DNA from: Eledone cirrhosa
Taxonomy: Eukaryota
Assembly: GCA_964016885.1 (NCBI GenBank)
Contig: OZ024742.1
Span: 92,194,001-92,258,000, forward strand
Length of the DNA: 64,000 bases
Direction: 5' to 3'
A program made the position numbers and the translations under genes. Positions 58,999 through 64,000 of this stretch are shown here, piece by piece (position 1 is the first letter of the stretch; every line of letters begins with the position of its first letter). The notes under the pieces were generated by a model, which saw only the letters and a program-made list of their open reading frames with translations, was not told where the DNA came from and searched no databases.

Positions 58999-59291
58999 AT
59001 AATAATAAAAGAGGGCTCGATAAGGAAAATATATATCAAATATATAAGAACCGTAGAGCAAATATTTATTAAAATAACAGATTAAAGTTTAATGACGTAT
59101 TATTCGTTTTTTCCCGTTCTTTGCCAGCGAACGTTTCCACGAACAAAAGTATCGTCTTCCTGTCTTCCTCCGGTTGCAACGTTTTTTGAAATATCCAGTT
59201 CTGCGTTTACAGATTGACTTTGTTAGTTTCAGAAGATCCCGTTAAGGGTGAAAGCAGCGATTCTTTGCTTAAACTTTAATCTGTTATTTTA

Positions 59292-59297
<6 letters not shown>
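58996..59297. mobile_element. CAGAAGA-hammerhead family fold-back
   Basis: Inverted tail at 58996-59090, then the plus-strand body with an HHR-like motif at 59225-59275. Confidence 0.85.
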
Positions 59298-59330
<33 letters not shown>

Positions 59331-59335
<5 letters not shown>

Positions 59336-62300
59336 ATAAATGCTCTGAAATAGCGATATATATGTGAATATAGACATAGAATATTCGAAAATATTCTGTA
59401 TGTTTATAATAAACATTTTGAAGACCTAATCGCTATAGAATAGAATACGTCACGTATTACAATTAGATTCTCGATAAAAGCAAGGGAAGTAAGTCTACGC
59501 GTTTCATTCTTGTTAGAATTCATCAGGACTACATATCCAGTGCTTTCATCGAGAATGACACAGCTAGAGACTTATAGAATACTTAGCTGTGTACAGGAAC
59601 TGGTTTGAAAGAGCGGTTGCCGGTCCGGCAGAAATTAGAAATTGGAATAAATGCTCTGAAATAGCGATATATATGTGAATATAGACATAGAATATTCGAA
59701 AATATTCTGTATGTTTATAATAAACATTTTGAAGACCTAATCGCTATAGAATAGAATACGTCACGTATTACGATTAGATTCTCGATAAAAGCAAGGGAAG
59801 TAAGTCTACGCGTTTCATTCTTGTTAGAATTCATCAGGACTACATATCCAGTGCTTTCATCGAGAATGACACAGCTAGAGACTTATAGAATACTTAGCTG
59901 TGTACAGGAACTGGTTTGAAAGAGCGGTTGCCGGTCCGGCAGAAATTAGAAATTGGAATAAATGCTCTGAAATAGCGATATATATGTGAATATAGACATA
60001 GAATATTCGAAAATATTCTGTATGTTTATAATAAACATTTTGAAGACCTAATCGCTATAGAATAGAATACGTCACGTATTACAATTAGATTCTCGATAAA
60101 AGCAAGGGAAGTAAGTCTACGCGTTTCATTCTTGTTAGAATTCATCAGGACTACATATCCAGTGCTTTCATCGAGAATGACACAGCTAGAGACTTATAGA
60201 ATACTTAGCTGTGTACAGGAACTGGTTTGAAAGAGCGGTTGCCGGTCCGGCAGAAATTAGAAATTGGAATAAATGCTCTGAAATAGCGATATATATGTGA
60301 ATATAGACATAGAATATTCGAAAATATTCTGTATGTTTATAATAAACATTTTGAAGACCTAATCGCTATAGAATAGAATACGTCACGTATTACAATTAGA
60401 TTCTCGATAAAAGCAAGGGAAGTAAGTCTACGCGTTTCATTCTTGTTAGAATTCATCAGGACTACATATCCAGTGCTTTCATCGAGAATGACACAGCTAG
60501 AGACTTATAGAATACTTAGCTGTGTACAGGAACTGGTTTGAAAGAGCGGTTGCCGGTCCGGCAGAAATTAGAAATTGGAATAAATGCTCTGAAATAGCGA
60601 TATATATGTGAATATAGACATAGAATATTCGAAAATATTCTGTATGTTTATAATAAACATTTTGAAGACCTAATCGCTATAGAATAGAATACGTCACGTA
60701 TTACAATTAGATTCTCGATAAAAGCAAGGGAAGTAAGTCTACGCGTTTCATTCTTGTTAGAATTCATCAGGACTACATATCCAGTGCTTTCATCGAGAAT
60801 GACACAGCTAGAGACTTATAGAATACTTAGCTGTGTACAGGAACTGGTTTGAAAGAGCGGTTGCCGGTCCGGCAGAAATTAGAAATTGGAATAAATGCTC
60901 TGAAATAGCGATATATATGTGAATATAGACATAGAATATTCGAAAATATTCTGTATGTTTATAATAAACATTTTGAAGACCTAATCGCTATAGAATAGAA
61001 TACGTCACGTATTACAATTAGATTCTCGATAAAAGCAAGGGAAGTAAGTCTACGCGTTTCATTCTTGTTAGAATTCATCAGGACTACATATCCAGTGCTT
61101 TCATCGAGAATGACACAGCTAGAGACTTATAGAATACTTAGCTGTGTACAGGAACTGGTTTGAAAGAGCGGTTGCCGGTCCGGCAGAAATTAGAAATTGG
61201 AATAAATGCTCTGAAATAGCGATATATATGTGAATATAGACATAGAATATTCGATATATATGTGAATATAGACATAGAATATTCGAATATTCTATGTCTA
61301 TATTCACATATATATCGCTATTTCAGAGCATTTATTCCAATTTCTAATTTCTGCCGGACCGGCAACCGCTCTTTCAAACCAGTTCCTGTACACAGCTAAG
61401 TATTCTATAAGTCTCTAGCTGTGTCATTCTCGATGAAAGCACTGGATATGTAGTCCTGATGAATTCTAACAAGAATGAAACGCGTAGACTTACTTCCCTT
61501 GCTTTTATCGAGAATCTAATTGTAATACGTGACGTATTCTATTCTATAGCGATTAGGTCTTCAAAATGTTTATTATAAACATACAGAATATTTTCGAATA
61601 TTCTATGTCTATATTCACATATATATCGCTATTTCAGAGCATTTATTCCAATTTCTAATTTCTGCCGGACCGGCAACCGCTCTTTCAAACCAGTTCCTGT
61701 ACACAGCTAAGTATTCTATAAGTCTCTAGCTGTGTCATTCTCGATGAAAGCACTGGATATGTAGTCCTGATGAATTCTAACAAGAATGAAACGCGTAGAC
61801 TTACTTCCCTTGCTTTTATCGAGAATCTAATTGTAATACGTGACGTATTCTATTCTATAGCGATTAGGTCTTCAAAATGTTTATTATAAACATACAGAAT
61901 ATTTTCGAATATTCTATGTCTATATTCACATATATATCGCTATTTCAGAGCATCTATTCCAATTTCTAATTTCTGCCGGACCGGCAACCGCTCTTTCAAA
62001 CCAGTTCCTGTACACAGCTAAGTATTCTATAAGTCTCTAGCTGTGTCATTCTCGATGAAAGCACTGGATATGTAGTCCTGATGAATTCTAACAAGAATGA
62101 AACGCGTAGACTTACTTCCCTTGCTTTTATCGAGAATCTAATTGTAATACGTGACGTATTCTATTCTATAGCGATTAGGTCTTCAAAATGTTTATTATAA
62201 ACATACAGAATATTTTCGAATATTCTATGTCTATATTCACATATATATCGCTATTTCAGAGCATTTATTCCAATTTCTAATTTCTGCCGGACCGGCAACC

Positions 62301-62857
62301 GCTCTTTCAAACCAGTTCCTGTACACAGCTAAGTATTCTATAAGTCTCTAGCTGTGTCATTCTCGATGAAAGCACTGGATATGTAGTCCTGATGAATTCT
62401 AACAAGAATGAAACGCGTAGACTTACTTCCCTTGCTTTTATCGAGAATCTAATTGTAATACGTGACGTATTCTATTCTATAGCGATTAGGTCTTCAAAAT
62501 GTTTATTATAAACATACAGAATATTTTCGAATATTCTATGTCTATATTCACATATATATCGCTATTTCAGAGCATTTATTCCAATTTCTAATTTCTGCCG
62601 GACCGGCAACCGCTCTTTCAAACCAGTTCCTGTACACAGCTAAGTATTCTATAAGTCTCTAGCTGTGTCATTCTCGATGAAAGCACTGGATATGTAGTCC
62701 TGATGAATTCTAACAAGAATGAAACGCGTAGACTTACTTCCCTTGCTTTTATCGAGAATCTAATTGTAATACGTGACGTATTCTATTCTATAGCGATTAG
62801 GTCTTCAAAATGTTTATTATAAACATACAGAATATTTTCGAATATTCTATGTCTATA

Positions 62858-62860
<3 letters not shown>
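59331..62860. repeat. Palindromic tandem array of a 311-bp hammerhead-bearing monomer (retrozyme-like)
   Basis: Left units start at 59331, 59642, 59953, 60264, 60575, 60886 and 61197 (partial). The inversion centre is 61284/61285. The right arm has about 5 inverted units. (TA)n lies on both sides. Confidence 0.95.
61450..61493 (+). ncRNA. Minimal type I hammerhead ribozyme (representative; 5 plus-strand and 6 minus-strand copies at 311-bp spacing)
   Basis: gtagtc CTGATGA attct aaca agaat GAAA cgcg TA gacttac. Predicted cleavage is after GUA at 61486. Confidence 0.92.
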
Positions 62861-62910
<50 letters not shown>

Positions 62911-64000
62911 ATATATAATATATATATTACATATATGTGTGTACATGTGTTTATATTGAAGGTTGTTTCCTTTATATTTTCTACAAACAAAACAAACAGT
63001 ACACCAGTACACACTCTCTTCGTGAAAAAAACCTGCTTTTAAATTCTATAAATTTCCCTTAGTACTTCTTTACTTTAGTACCAATTAAATTTAGCATTTC
63101 CAAAATGTCTTGCAAATTACAACAACTGAAATTGCATATTCCGGTCACTAAATACCAGGTTGGATATAATTTGCATATATCGACGCCAATTAAAGACATT
63201 ATATATTACTTTTAGTAATGTTATAACTAGTTTGCACTCATATCAATGCAAAAACATTTATGCGTAAGATCTGGTTAAAGAAAGAGAGTAACTGCTTGCG
63301 CACTATTTCTATTGAATGTGTTTATGTGTGTTTCTTTGTATGTTTGTTACAAATCTTTCTATAAAATATTTGATTTTTTACATGCAGAGAGAGAAGAATA
63401 TTTGCTACATTGATTTGAATACGGTTGAAAAGAATGAGATTATATATGAATGTGTGAACTTCTTCCATTTGCTTCTGCTGCAGCTGTTATTATTGCCGTC
63501 ATTCTTCCTCTTCTTCTTTCCTGCCTCATTATCTCATGTTTTACTTCGCTCCGTACGTTGAGAAAGAAATCTTGATAGTTTGCCAGTTTCGGAACTATTT
63601 TGTTGTTTAGTATGTTGCCGAGATAACCATGACCCCAAAGAACTCGTCAGATCCCTTTTTAAGCCTCTTTGAGTTCATACCAATTCTTGAGAAAACAAGA
63701 AAAAGATAATTATTTGAAAATATCATTGAAAGTGGTATTCGGCCAACAGTTGATAGTGGAGGGAGGAAGTACAACCAGCAAGGGTGAGAATTTTTCCATT
63801 GAAAGCCTTTCCCTTCACACCTTTCACTGCCGACTTTCATCTTTTCCCAATCAACAACACAACAGCATTAGTAAAAATATTTACAACACATTTCTGAGGA
63901 ACAAAAACACCGAAGGTGAGAGGAAGATTAACAACAACATTTCCAGTGATAAGAGCAACAACGGCAGCAACAGCAACAATGCCACCCTAACAGATTAACA

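Noticed and set aside
59331-62860. CRISPR array or ordinary satellite
   Set aside because: There are no variable spacers and no cas genes. The units are near-identical and each holds a hammerhead, and a dispersed relative exists at 41750.
63610-63998. Possible host exon (109-aa ORF)
   Set aside because: It has no recognisable homology and a low-complexity end. It cannot be supported without transcript data.

Overview
Eukaryotic, very AT-rich, microsatellite-dense DNA ((TA)n, (CA)n, (TACA)n, (TAGA)n). No host protein-coding gene is recognisable. The SINE and repeat style suggests a cephalopod (Octopus-like) genome, but this is an inference. The window holds three decayed Penelope-like retroelements (PLEs; RT plus C-terminal GIY-YIG), LINE, SINE and DNA-transposon remnants, and about a dozen unrelated short non-coding families inserted in (TA)n tracts. 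Most of these families carry a type I hammerhead ribozyme (HHR) motif, canonical or variant, and are arranged as fold-backs with both 3' ends pointing outward into (TA)n. The extreme case is a 3.5-kb palindromic array of a 311-bp HHR-bearing monomer (59331-62860, 11 ribozymes). My reading is a TA-microsatellite-targeting PLE/retrozyme system with a recurrent divergent inverted insertion architecture. All structures were paired by eye, and nothing was folded or searched computationally. Most ORFs in the supplied track are microsatellite artefacts.
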